Positions 28,229 through 42,077 of a stretch of DNA of 64,000 nucleotides are shown here, one piece after another. A model generated the notes under the pieces. The model saw only the letters and a program-made list of their open reading frames with translations, did not search any database and was not told where the DNA came from. The first letter of the stretch is position 1, and every line of letters begins with the position of its first letter. Both the position numbers and the translations under genes were made by a program. This stretch comes from Dictyostelium discoideum (lineage: Eukaryota): NCBI GenBank assembly GCA_000004695.1, contig CM000152.2, positions 3,200,001 to 3,264,000 of the forward strand, read 5' to 3'.

Positions 28229-29981
28229 TTATTGTAAGAATTTTGAAATTAATTTATTTCTTTTTTCAAATTCAATATTATTATTTTTTAGATATTGTGG
28301 GTCTTTACTTGCCAAAGTCATTGTTTGACCCATAGCAGTTACAGAATTACACTCAATACCACCAAAAGGAGTTGAAGTAATGGTGAAATAAACCAATTCA
28401 TAGTTACTCCCATCGACTACATACCTACATAGATAATCTTGTGGATTTGAAACTTTAATTCTAAGTATCTCTGGATATTGATCAGAGAATCTACTTACAT
28501 TGAATAAATTATCATCACCAAAGTTTGCAATTAATAGACCAGTTGAATTATCAACAATAAATATGGAACCTTCAGAATTTGTATAAGTTCCAACAAATGC
28601 ATCATTTGGTATTTCTTTTGAGTATTTTTCAGTGGTTAAAGTTGGTTTTAATTTTGAATCAGGTATGAATGGTGATTGCGGCTGGCTACCAGCTTCATAG
28701 AGTAGTTGTTCATAAACTGGTATTAAAATTTCAGAGGCAGCTTTAGTGAATACATCAGGTGTTTGAAAGGCTAACAATGATGAGAATAACATACCAATTT
28801 TCAATGGTCTAATTAATGCCATTTGAGTTCTATAGCCTGATAATTGACCAGCTTTTGATTTAACCCAAATGCTATTAGCTTGGTCATAAAACATTTCAAA
28901 TGGTGTGCCATATACAGTATCACCATCGTTAAGCAAACTAATTGGAGACATTGCTTCATTCAAAGTGGTTGAGTCTAAAATCTCTGGATTCTCATTCAAC
29001 CAAAACATCATATAATTGCACATATCTCTTGCGGTGGAATATAAATTGCCCATTGGATTACTCCAACCTAATTCTTCAACTGGTGAAATTGTATAACTTC
29101 CATTTGGCCAAAGAATTAAACCTTGTGCAAGATAATCTTTAACATCATCATAATAGAATGATGAATTCATCATACCAAGTGGGAATAATATCTTTTCCTT
29201 TACATATTTTTCATATTCAGTATTGGCTGCTTTTGCTAAGGTTCTACCCAATAGAGCAATACCAAGATTTGAATAATGAGTACTTTGATAACTTGGCATT
29301 ATTAAAAACATTTTCGATAATCTTTCAATTATAACCTCTTCAGAACAAATATCCCAATCGGCCAAATCATCGAAATCACATGGTACCTCTCTTGGTAATC
29401 CAGATTGATGTGATGATAACTCTCTAAAAGTTGGTGACTTTTTTGTATTATATAAATTACCAATTGAAAACTCTGGGAAATATTTTGAAACTTCATCATC
29501 CAATGATGATATTGTACCTTTATCTCTTAATTGGAACATCATTAAATCTGTAAATGTTTTTGTAATTGATGCAATTCTTATACTAAAAAATAAATAATAT
29601 AATAAAAAAATAAAAAAATTAATACTTATTGTTTTTTTTTTTTTAATTTATATTAATTAAATATAAATAAAGAAAAGAAAATACATACGCATTATCAATT
29701 GTTAAAGGTGGAGAATTTTCATCAAGTGGATTAACATTACCATAAGTTTTTGACCAAACAATTTCATCACGATAAACTATTGAAGCAATGAAACTTTTAA
29801 TTCCATTATCTTTCATACCTTTTTTAATAATTTCATCAACTTCTTTATATGCTTTTTGAAGTGTTGGATCATTTTGATTAATTTTAATTGGCTCTGGGTA
29901 ATTTGGACATGATAAGATTAAATTAATTAAAAAACAAATAATTAAAAAAATTGTAATTGACTGTTTATTCATAATTTTCAT
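28229..29981 (-). CDS. Beta-lactamase-family serine hydrolase (class C / LACTB / esterase-like), secreted
   Basis: Two exons: 29981..29689 (signal peptide, donor GTATGT, phase 2) and 29582..28229. The S-x-x-K active-site motif RIASITKTFT straddles the junction. Confidence 0.8.
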
Positions 29982-30742
29982 TTTTGGAAATTATTAGATT
30001 TTACTAACAGTTTAAAAAAAAATAAAAATATAAAAATAAAAATTAAAATAAAAAAAAAAAGGTTATGACATTTTTTTTTTAATGTTGTTATTATTATTAT
30101 TAAAAAATAAAAATAAAATAAAATAAAAATAAAAATAAAAATAAATTTTGCTACTGTTTTTTATAAAAAAAAAAAAAACACAACAAACCAACCAAAAATA
30201 GTTTGAATGTGAGTGTGAGTGTGGGTAGTTTAATTGTTAAAATTAGAGCAAAAAAAATAAAAAAAACAGTTGGTTGTTTTTATTAATCAAATTAAACCTT
30301 TTATTTTTTTTATTTCAATTAAATAACTTTTTTTTATTTTAATAATACCAAGATAATATTTTTTTTTTTATTATTTTTGTATTGATAAAAAAAAAAAATA
30401 TTTTCTTTTTTTTTTAAACAACCAACCGATTTTATTTATTTTTAATATAAATTTGGTATATAAAAATAGAGAACTCAAAAATACAAAATGATATTAAATA
30501 TAAAAAAATGAATATAAATATTTATATTAACTTGTTTTTTGAATTTTTTTTTTTTTTTTTTTTATTTTTTTTATTTTTTTTTTTATCATTAAATATTTTT
30601 GGTTTTTTGAAAACAAATAAAGTTTTATTTATATTATGAATTTATAATGAAAAGTTTGATGGTAAAATTATTTAGATAATATTCTTCCATAAAATTAAGG
30701 TTATTTAAATTTTAAAATTCTTATTTATTTTTATTTTTAGTT

Positions 30743-33700
30743 TTAAAACTTCTTTTGAGATTCTTCATAGAAATCAGTTTGATATTTAACTAATTTTTTA
30801 AATCTTGAACCTTCAGTTTTAATGAGATTCATTGGAGTGTCATATTCCACTAATTCACCTTTATCGATTACAGCTATTTTAGTACTATCTATAATAGTAT
30901 CAAGTCTATGAGCTATTGTTAACATTGTACAATCATTAAAGTTCTCGTCGATAGTTTGTTTTAATAATGCAGCAGTAACATAATCAATACCAGAGGTAGC
31001 TTCATCCATTAGGACCACTTTAGAATTCTTTAAAATTGTTCTTGAGAGACATAATAATTGTTTTTGACCAAATGATAAACCATCACCATTCTCTTGGACT
31101 CCAGATTCCAATTTCAAAGGCATTGAAGAGATTGCATCCTTTAATTTAACTTTTTCAAGGGCTGTCCAAATTTCATCATCAGTATACTTATTGAATGGAT
31201 CAATATTCATACGAATACTACCAGAGAAAATGAATGGATCTTGTGGTACGATACCTAAAGCATCTCTAAGTTCATGTAAACCAACTTTTGAAATATCAAC
31301 ACCATCAATGAAAATTGAACCTTTTGAACATTCAACCATACGGAATAAACTAATACCAACTGTACTTTTACCTGCACCAGTACGGCCAACCACACCAATA
31401 TGATCTTTTGCATTGATTTTGAATGAAATATTCTTTAAACTTGGATCTGCGGTTGGACGATATTTAATTTCGACATTCTTAAATTCAACCTCACCCCTTG
31501 ATGGCCATTTTGTAAAGTCCATTTCAATTTCACCATCTATATCGATTTCATCCTCGAATTCTGAAGTATGTCTAATACCTTCTCTTGGGGTTTTAATATA
31601 ACTTTCAACTCTTTCAACTGAATTCATCTTTACCTCCAACTCTGTCATTTGTCTAATAGTCCAATTTAAGTAGGAACAAATTCCCAATGCAGTAGTTACA
31701 GCCAATACAGAGAAACCAGTATTTGAACTAAATAATGAAGAGAATGCAGTGAAAAACACAATTAGAGCTGTAATGAATTCCAAACGAATTCCAACCCATC
31801 TATGAACTGAAAAACTGTAAAAGAATAAACGTAAATTTATATTGATATGATTTTGCATCATTTCAATGAATCTCTTTTGTTGTTGATAACATCTTATTGT
31901 AACCAAACCATTATATGCCTCTGCCAATAATGAAAATACTGGACTTCTTGTAATACTTTCCATTCTCTTTAATTCAACCGATGAAGCACGATAAAGTTTT
32001 TGAATTACATAATAAACCACTACTAATATTGCAAATGGTATACTAATTAATGGAGTGATATAAATCATCATAAACAATGCCACAACCACAGTTGAACCAC
32101 ACTGAAGAACATCTGAGAAATTCTCCATCAATATTAAATCGATATCACTAATATCCTTACTGAATCTATTTAAAATACGACCTGATGGATTGGTATCAAA
32201 GAATTGACAACTTGCAAATGCAACTGAATTCAATAATTCCGAATGTAGCTTTTTCGATGCTGCAAATGTAATTGAAGCCATCATAAAATAACGTACCACT
32301 AAAAACACAATGAATGCACCAATAAATATACAATAATATAAAATGTAATATTTATCATCATGTTGATTGGTTTCATCATTGGTCCAAATGGTTAACCAAA
32401 AATCTGATAATTGGAAAATGATTTGACTAATGAAATAAAGTGCACAAGTTAAAAAGAATAAATTTAATGATCCATGTCTAAAATATTGTCTATAAACTTC
32501 AAAACCAACTTCACCTTCATTTCTATCCTCTTTTACTAATAATTTAGCTTTTTCAATTAAATTTGGATCATTCTTTTCACTAATAATTGTATTAATATCT
32601 AATTCTTTTGTTGAATTTAATAATGATGTTGATTTTTTTAATTCTGATGATGATGATGATGTTGAACTTTTTTTATCTGTTGTTGATGTCGATGATTGAT
32701 CATTTTCATCAATATTTAATTTCTTTGTTTTCATAATTGATTCAAAATCAATACCTTTTTCTTTTAGTTCACTATAGGTACCTTGAGTTAAAACACCATT
32801 ATCAACTACAATTATATGATCAGCGGATGGAATGAATTGAAGTTGATGAGTTACTAGAATACGTGTTTTATCTTTCATCATACCTTGAATACAATGATCG
32901 AATAAATGTGATGCAACTTCTGGATCAACGGCTGATAATGGTTCATCTAAAATAAAACAATCTGAATCTGAATATAAAGCACGTGCCAATGAAATACGTT
33001 GCTTTTGACCACCTGAAAGATTAATACCACGTTCACCAATTTCTGTTAAATCTTTTGCTGCCAATTGTAATAAATCTGGTGTTAAACAACATGCATCAAT
33101 AACTTTCTTATAACGTTCCATATTCATTGGTTTTCCAAATAGAATATTATCCCTCAACGATGTACTAAGAAGGAATGGTTGTTGAGTTGTAAATGAAATA
33201 TTATTTGGAATATTAACTGAACCGCTAACTCTATAAATTTCACCAATTAAACCACTAACTAAACTAGTTTTACCACTACCCACAATACCACAAATAACTG
33301 TTAATTTACCTGCTGGTGCAATGAAATTAATATTATTTAAAACATATGAAGATGATGATGGTTGTACTGCACCATCATATTCAATTCCATTATTTGTATC
33401 GTTTGATTTACCAACTTTTTCATCACCCAATATCATTTCATCCATATCATTAATATCACTACTAATTGCAAAACCTCGAACATCATTAATAATCATACCA
33501 CTATCTAAATCGTCTATTTCATTCCAATCAAATGTACCATTATTAATTTTAACATCAAATAATTCATTTGATGATGCTGATGATGCTATTGATGATGTTG
33601 ATGAAACATTATTATTATTATTATTATTATTTCTAATTGATAATTTATTATTTGAATATTGTTCTAAAAATGGTTGATCTTGAATTTCAGGTGATTGTAA

Positions 33701-35078
33701 AAAATTTTCAATTCTTTTTGATGACGGTATTAAACTTAATGCTCTGTGAATTGCTTCTGGTAACATCTCTAATGGACGTCTAAGATTAACGAAAATTGTC
33801 ATTGCGGTGAATGCTACCTCCAATGTCATTTGATTACCTGTCAATGCATATGTTGAAAATGTTGCAACTAATACTAATGCAGATGTAACCTGTGTTATCA
33901 TTCTATCTAAAATCCAATAAATTGCACGTCTATATAAATATTTAAGTTGTAAAGTTCTTTGTTCTTCAATTCTATCTAAAAATAATTGTTCCCATGCATA
34001 TAATTTTAAAAATCTAATACCATTTATAAATTCTGATGTTAAATTACATCTAGTATCTGCATATCCTAATGAAATTCTTAAATTCTTTGCAATTTTTGTA
34101 CTTAAAAATGTACATAATGGTATTGATACAACCATCTATAAAAAAAAAAAGATCAATATTAGAAAAGATATATATATTTTTATTTTTATTATTTTTACTT
34201 ACAACACCAAAACCAACTAAACCACTTAATCCAACAATCCAACATAATAATATTAATAATGCTAAAATTTGAAATGGAAATACAAAAATTTCAATATGAT
34301 TATTCCAAAAGAAATCTGAAAAAGTTCCAACATCAACTGAAATAATATTCATAATTGTACCTGAATTATATAGTCTCTTTGCTTGATTACTTAATCTTAA
34401 AGTTTTTTCAAATATTTTTTGAGTGATTGCACCACGAGCATGAAGTGAAGTTTGTAAACCAAACCAATAACCATATTGCTGTGATAATGTCAATGATAAT
34501 GAACTAAGAAATAATAAAACACATAAAAGAAATCCAAATTTAAATGTTTTTTGTGATTCATCTAATTTAATATAATAAATAAAACTAATTTAATTATTAT
34601 TATTATTATTAGTAGTATTAGTAGTATTAGTATTTGAATAAATAAATCTTTTTTTTTTTTTTTTTTTATTTTTTAAAAAATATATTTAAAAAACTTACTA
34701 TTTTAAACATAATGGTGAAAGAATTGATACAATTGCAACAAATATTTTAGTTGCAACTGAAATTTTATTTCTTGAAACAAATTCTTTATAGATTTGTTTA
34801 ATTAATGGATATTTAGAATTATAATCAATAGTATCCAAAAAAGGTGCTGTAATATTAACTTTATTTCTATCAGGTAAATCTGAAACATCTTTCATTTCGA
34901 GTGGACCATTGAAATAACCTGTCATTAACATTCTTTCTGTCCAACCAAATGTAAATCTTTGCCATAATGTTGCATTATCCTCAGGACACGGTTTACTGAA
35001 ATAATCAGTATTATCATCCTCTGATAATAATGAATATGAAAATCTATTTTTAATTTTTTGTTTTAAATTTTTAATCAT
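30743..35078 (-). CDS. ABC transporter, C (MRP-like) subfamily, full-length TMD-NBD-TMD-NBD, about 1385 aa
   Basis: Three exons: 35078..34699, 34584..34203, 34135..30743 (donors GTAAGT twice; phases 2/2 and 0/0). Two NBDs with Walker A (GIVGSGKTS, GRTGAGKST), ABC signature (LSGGQKQRISLARA, LSFGQKQ) and Walker B. Confidence 0.9.
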
Positions 35079-35288
35079 TTTTTTTTTTTTTTTTTTTTTT
35101 CCTCTTAAAGGTTCGTCTTTTTTTTTTTTTTTTTTTTTGTTTTTTTTTTTTTATAAAGATTGATCGAAACAAAAAAAAAAAAATTATAATAATTATAATT
35201 AAATAAATATTTATTTTATAAAAAAAAAAAGGTGGTTGTTTTAAAAAAAATTATTTTTATTTTATATTTTTATTTTATAAAAAAAAAA

Positions 35289-35312
35289 GTGAAAGTGTGG
35301 GTGGTTGTAAGG
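35289..35312. promoter_or_regulatory. GT-rich (G-box-like) element GTGAAAGTGTGGGTGGTTGTAAGG about 210 bp upstream of the ABCC gene
   Basis: Same motif class as 30208..30228 (GTGAGTGTGAGTGTGGGTAG) and 14121..14142 (GTGGGTAGGGGTGTTTTGTGTGG). Confidence 0.3.
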
Positions 35313-35631
35313 TATGGTTTTTTTTATATTTTTTATTTTTTTATATTTTTTTTTTTTTTCTGTGAGATTAAAATACTATATATCTAAATGTAAATTTTTT
35401 TTTTTTTTTTATTTTTTGATTTATATTTGTTAATGTTTTTTTTTTTTAATTTATATTTGTATTGCTTTTACTAAAACTGATCCTATAATTAAAGAGTCTT
35501 TTATTGTGTTTAAAAATATGATCTGATGAGACCATTTAATTATATGGAATGCAGGTATGTGTGATATATGGGGAACAAAAACAAAAATGAAAAAAAATAT
35601 TTAATTTCCGTAATTAAAAACACCAGAGAAT

Positions 35632-35681
<50 letters not shown>

Positions 35682-35986
35682 GAGAAAATTAAAATAAAAA
35701 TAAAAAAAAAATAAAATATTTTTTTTACTTTTGTGAAAGGAATGTTCCGACAACATAATGTCATCACCAATCACTTTTTATTTTTATCCAAAATTTTTTT
35801 GACCTTTAACAAATGAAAAATAAATCAAAAAACAAAAAAAACGAGAAATTAATTGATTAAAAAATAAATATAAATAAATAAATTATTTTATTTTATTTTA
35901 TTTTTTTTTTTTTTGGTAAATTTACAAACTTGGGTACTTTTTTTTTTTTATTTTTAATTTTTTTTTTTTTTTTTTTTTATTTAAAT

Positions 35987-36326
35987 TTATTGAATCATAG
36001 ATTTAATTTCATTACCATTAATTAATGCAATTCTACTTATTTGAATTAAATAACATAATGTTTTTTCAATTTCTTCTTTCTTAAATTTACTTTTCAAATG
36101 ATCTATTATATCTTGTACTGTCGTTGTCAATGATTTTGATTTTCTTTCAATTAAGAATTGATTAATAACTTTAGCGACATCCATAATTTCTTTGGTTTTT
36201 TGAATTGGTTGAGTTGGTATAGTTAATGATGGTGGTTTTGATTGTTGTTTAGTTGGTGTATCAGATGTTTTTCTTTTCTTTGTTGTTGCTGTTGGTTTAT
36301 TATTATTTTTAGTTTTATTTTTATTA

Positions 36327-36372
<46 letters not shown>

Positions 36373-38812
36373 TTTGAATATCAAAATCATCATCGTCATC
36401 TTCTTCATTATATTCTTCTTCATTTTCATTTTCATTTTCATTTTCATTTTTATTTTCAAAATCATTTAAATCTGGTTCATTATTATCATCATTATTATCA
36501 TCATCATCATTGTCATTATTACTATTATTATTTTTATTATTTTTATTATTTCTATTATTTTGTTGTGATTTTTCTTTTTCTTTCATATTTGAACCAGATA
36601 AAGCTCTATTCATAATTTCAATTGCTACAATTGTATCATCAACAGTTACATTATGATCTAAACGACATTTTGCATGAGCTTGTGAAAGACGAATCATAGT
36701 TTCCAAAGAACGAGTTGTAATTGGGATTGAATTTGGAGTTTGTTTTGAACGCATTTCAGTATACTTTTCAATGATGTATTCTCTAGCTTCATCGGTTAAT
36801 CTTGGTTTGAATAAAGTTTTGGCATAGAAAATATATTTTTGAATGAATGGAATTGAAACTATATCTGATTTATTCTCGGCACCATGTAAGAGTTTATTAT
36901 ATTTTTGAAATACTGGTGTATCAAGATCAGATGTAGTCTTTACAGTGGAAACATTTTTGAATTCACCACCCAATGTTGAAATTTGTTCAGAACCCAACAT
37001 TGATTCCAATTCTGAACCTTCATCTTTATAACGGTGCATACGTAGGACATGTTCAGCGATCATTCTATCATGATCGGGATTTATACCATCCAATACAATG
37101 AAAAGTAAATCGAAACGAGATAACAATGAATCTGGTAAACCAATATTAGTGTGGGCTTTTAAATCTGGATTATATTTACCATAGATTGGATTTGCTGCGG
37201 CAACCACTGAACAACGTGCGTTCAAAGATGCGTGAATACCAGCTTTTGAGATTGTGACGGTTTGTTGTTCCATAACCTCATGAATTGCAACACGATCATC
37301 TGGACTCATCTTGTCGAATTCATCAATACAAACTATACCACGATCTGCCAAAACCATTGCACCAGCCTCTAAACGACGTTCACCAGTCTCTGAATCTGAT
37401 GTAACGGCAGCTGTTAAACCAACACCTGAAGAACCTCTTCCAGTTGTATTGATAGCCAATGGTGCGATATTTAATATGAAACGGAGTAGTTGGGATTTTG
37501 CGGTTGAGGGATCGCCCACCATCAAAAGATTAATATCACCTCTTAAATGGGTGCCATTTGCAAGATTACGTTCAACCCCACCCAACAGTAATAACAATAA
37601 ACTTCTCTTAATATTATCATGACCACAAATGGATGGTGCTAAACTAGTTGCTATCAAATCGAAACAATTGTCATACTTTGAAAAGTTTTTAATATTTGTT
37701 ACATCTTGTTCCGATAATGAAGGTCCACTAACTTCTTTACTTAACAATGAAATCCTATTACAAATTAAAATGGGTCTAAACTTGGTGGTCTTCAATTCGG
37801 GTGCACTCATTGGTATTGCACGATAAACACCATACACTTGTACTCTATCACCTGGTTTCACTGTATCCACTAAATCATTATCCAATAGAATATCGACTGA
37901 ACGTGGTAATTGACCTGCTGGTGCTCTCTCTGGCATCTCTTGAATTGATACCATTTGACTATCCTTATACTCACACATACCATATTCAGTTATCAATGGA
38001 TTACCTTGATCATCTCTAGTTGGATATTGTGATGTCGTTGGTATACCACTATCAGATGTTGCATCTTCATAAGTTCTACTTGTAGTTCTTTTAGTTTTTT
38101 CACAATAATGTACACTTTTTAAAACTTTTGGTCTAACCAATGAACCTTTTTTTTTTTTTTTTTTATTATTAATTAATATTAATAGATCATCATATATTAT
38201 TAATACTATAAACTTACATTTTGTAACAATTCCTTCAACACAAACTAATCTTGTAATTAATGATGCATTTAAACCTCTTGGTGTAACATGATGACTACCA
38301 AAATTACCTTCAAACCCTATGAAAACTTGTTGATTCATTGTATCTTTTATTTGTTTTTTTAAATCTTCATCAACCTCATCTGGATCCATATCCAACATCT
38401 TTTCAAACATTTGTCTCTTTAAATTCTTTATTTTAGTTGTTAATACATTTTGAAATAATCCAATATAATTTAATGGCTTTTTTAAAAATCTTTTTTTTTT
38501 TTTTTTCAGTTTATTAATAAAAATTAAAATAGTGTTATTTATATAATGAATATTAGAATATTTGTATGTTTATATAATAGATATTTAATAGTGGGAAAAT
38601 AAATAAATAAATATATATATATATATAAAACAAACTTACCTTTGTGCTAAATCAGGTGATACTGATCTTAATGTATCTATTTTAATTACAAGTCTTTTAC
38701 TATTATTTTCTATAAATTCTTCTAGTAAACCCCTATACCCAGACCTATCATCATCGATAAAATCAGAGAAATCTCTCTCCATAATGATTGCCTCATCGTT
38801 ATTTGCCATCAT
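35987..38812 (-). CDS. mcm3: DNA replication licensing factor MCM3
   Basis: Three exons: 38812..38640 ([10 protein letters not shown]...DLAQ, donor GTAAGT), 38489..38218, 38145..35987. The second intron (38146..38217) sits inside the track ORF and joins IVTKC|SLVRPKV, matching the MCM3 N-terminal domain. MCM box: Walker [17 protein letters not shown], arginine finger SRFDL. Acidic low-complexity insert; conserved C-terminal winged-helix region. Confidence 0.9.
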
Positions 38813-39010
38813 TTTTTTCTTTTTTTTTTTTAATATAAATATATTTATTTATAGGTTATAAGATTGATACTCTCCTTCTCTTAATCTATATTAAATATAT
38901 ATATATATATATATATATATTTTTTTTATATTGGATAATTTTTTTATTTGTTTACTGAAGAAAAAAAAAAAAAAAAAATAAAAAAAAAAAAAATAAAAAA
39001 AAAGTTTTCA

Positions 39011-39025
39011 TTTTGCGCGCGAAAA
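39011..39025. promoter_or_regulatory. E2F-like site TTTTGCGCGCGAAAA, about 200 bp upstream of the mcm3 ATG
   Basis: A GCGCGC core flanked by T/A runs is unique in an otherwise roughly 90% AT intergenic region. The MCM gene family is a canonical E2F target. Confidence 0.4.
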
Positions 39026-39550
39026 AAAAAAAAAATCGCTTAAAAAAAAAATTTTCTTGAAAAGTTAATTACTTTTTTTTATGGTAATATTTATCATTAA
39101 TTAAAATAAAAACAAAACAAATCAAAAAAAATAAAAAAAAATAAAAAAAAATAAATTAAAATAGAAAATATCCAATTTTGGATAAAATAAAAATAAAAAA
39201 TAATAGAAAAAAATGATAGAAAAAGAGAAAATAAATATAGACTGAACCAAACATATTACTTTATAAGAATAATGGTTGCTAAATCATCATAATTTTATTT
39301 TTTTTTTTATTTTTTTTTTTTTTAATTATTTTTTATTTTAAATACTTATTTTTTTTTTTTTTTTATATTTTTTTATTATATTTTTTTAAAAAAAAAAAAA
39401 AATTGTAGATAAAAAGAACAGATTGACTGTGATCTATTGTGGTAAACATTAATAATTTGTCATAGGGTATGTGTTTGTGTGGAATAAATTAATGAAGAAG
39501 AATAAAAAAAGATTTTTTTTTTTTTTTTATTTTCCAACCTTTCACTTTGC

Positions 39551-39562
39551 TTTTGGCGGCGA
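39551..39562. promoter_or_regulatory. Second E2F-like site TTTTGGCGGCGA in the mcm3 / 40109-gene divergent intergenic region
   Basis: TTTGGCGG resembles the TTTSSCGC consensus. Confidence 0.3.
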
Positions 39563-39984
39563 TCAAAATTTTTTTTTATTTTTAATTTTTATAAAATTTT
39601 TTTTTTTTTTTTTTTTTGTTGAAGATATTATAAAAATGACGTGACAATAGATATTAATATTTTTTAATTTCTACAGAAAAACAATTTTTTTGGGTATTTC
39701 CTTTTTTTTTCCTCAACTTTAAATTTTTTTATCATTTTTTTTTTTTTTTTTATCATTTTAATTTTTTTTATTTTTTTTTTTATTTACATTCTAAATTTTA
39801 TAAAATAATTGTTTTTTTTTTTTTTTTACAACATTCTTTTTTTAAAAAAAAATATAAAAATTGGTCACCACTCACAAGACCCTTTTCATTTAAAATAAAT
39901 TATTTCAATAACATTTCTTACCGAATCATTTAAACAATATATAATGTAAATTTGTTTTCAAATATATTTATTATTTGTTTAAAA

Positions 39985-40052
39985 AAAAAAAAAAAAAAAA
40001 AAAAAATTAAAAATAAATAAATAAATAAAAATAAAAAATAAAAAATAAAAAA

Positions 40053-40105
<53 letters not shown>
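39985..40105. repeat. (AAAT)n/(TAAA)n microsatellite immediately upstream of the ATG at 40109; an (AAT)n poly-Asn coding run follows
   Basis: Seen directly in the sequence. Confidence 0.9.
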
Positions 40106-40107
<2 letters not shown>

Positions 40108-40108
40108 A

Positions 40109-40109
40109 A

Positions 40110-40173
<64 letters not shown>

Positions 40174-40487
40174 TAATAACAATAATAGTTATGATAGTAA
40201 TCATTCATCATCATCATATACAAGCGAAAATCAAAATAGAGAACAACAATTTGTTTTCATTCCAGAAGAAGAATTAGAAAGACAATCTCTTTTAAAGAAA
40301 AAAGATAACTTATCATATAGTATAAATAAAGATGAAATTATAATAATAAATAACGAAGACGAAAATGATCAAAATCAAACTAAAGATAGTACAAATCCAA
40401 TAGTGTTAAGAGCAAAAAAAGTTGTGGATAGTTTTTTTTGTAAAATCATTTTAGTATTTATATGTTTGGTAAGTTAATCTTGGGGAG

Positions 40488-40524
<37 letters not shown>

Positions 40525-40645
40525 ATATAAATCAATTACTAATACTTTTTTTTTTTTTTTTTGTATCTTAAAATAATAGGTTGCAATTTATTCATTAGTT
40601 GTCATTAAATGTGATGGCTTCCATTTTAATCATTGTTCGCCTTAA
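40109..40645 (+). CDS. Small hypothetical protein: poly-Asn N-terminus and a C-terminal hydrophobic segment (tail-anchored-like), about 143 aa
   Basis: Exon 1 40109..40468 (donor GTAAGT, phase 0). Exon 2 40580..40645 (acceptor AATAG) extends the hydrophobic helix (FICL|VAIYSLVVI) and ends at TAA. Confidence 0.4.
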
Positions 40646-41081
40646 AGGAAAAAAAAAAAATCAGCAAAATTTGGTCATCGTTTTTTTAGTGGGGGTAATA
40701 AATAAAAAAAAAAAAAAAAATTGTTATTTTTGTGTTAAAAATAATAATAATCATTAATAGTTTAAAATAAACCTTTGAGATTTTCTTTCCAATATTATTT
40801 ATTTTTTATTTTTAATTTTATTTCGTCACATAAAATCTGAATTTTTTTTTTTTTGTTTTCTTTAAAGAGTTTTTTGTGGGGCTAAAATTATATTTTTTTT
40901 TTATTTTGGCACAAAAAAAACAATAAAAAAAAAAACTTTATCTAAATACAATCAAAATTTTTATTTTTAATTCTTTTTTTTTTTTTTTTTTTTTTAATTT
41001 TTTTTATTTTTTAATATTTTTTTTTTATTTTTTTTTATTTTTTTTTTTTAAAAAAAACCACAAAAAAAATAAATAAAAAAA

Positions 41082-41112
<31 letters not shown>

Positions 41113-41212
41113 TAATTTAAACAACAGTTGTATTTTCAGACCACAATCACTCCGTTGTAAATAAGCTTTTATTTTATTGACACCAATAAAGTTTAAAAAA
41201 AAAAAAAAAAAA

Positions 41213-41329
41213 ATGTTGACAAACGAGGATTTGGAACTCCTCAACAACATGAACACGGGGTCAACAAATATTACCAGTGTAAATAACAGTAAAAATATTA
41301 CCAGTAAAAATAATAATAACAACAACAAT

Positions 41330-41362
<33 letters not shown>

Positions 41363-42041
41363 AATAACAATATTAAAAACAATAATAAAAATAATATACT
41401 ATATCGACAATTCCCAATGAATAGTGGTAGTGGTGAGTACCCAAAAAAAAGAAATTTAAAAAGTAACCCAATGTCATATGATGACTATGATGATGAAGAA
41501 GATCCAATTGAATTAGAATTAAAAAAGAAAATGTTAACAATGTTAAATCAAAATTCAATACCTCAACAACACCATAATAATGAACACTATAATGATAATA
41601 CATTTTCAGATCAAGATGTAGTATTTAGTGATAGCGATGGTGGTGGTGGTAATAACAATAATAGTTATTATAGTCGTGGTAGTGGAAGTGGTCATAGTGA
41701 TAATATAACTGAACTATATAGTAATTTTAATAATGATCAAATTTATAATCAAACTTTACAACAATATAATAATAAAAGTTTATTAGCAAAACAACATAAT
41801 AGATCAATCTCTGTAAATAATAATCAACAACAACAAAATCAAAATCAAAATCAAAATCAAAATCAAAATCAAAATCAAAATCAAAATCAAAAATCATTTT
41901 TAAATACAAGTAATCCTGGTATATCGTTACCATTTGGTAGTCCAAAATTATCTCATATTTCATCATCAAATAAAGGAGACAATATGAATTTAAATAATAG
42001 CGTAAATAGTACAAATTTATTGAATAGTTATGGTAGTAGTA

Positions 42042-42077
<36 letters not shown>

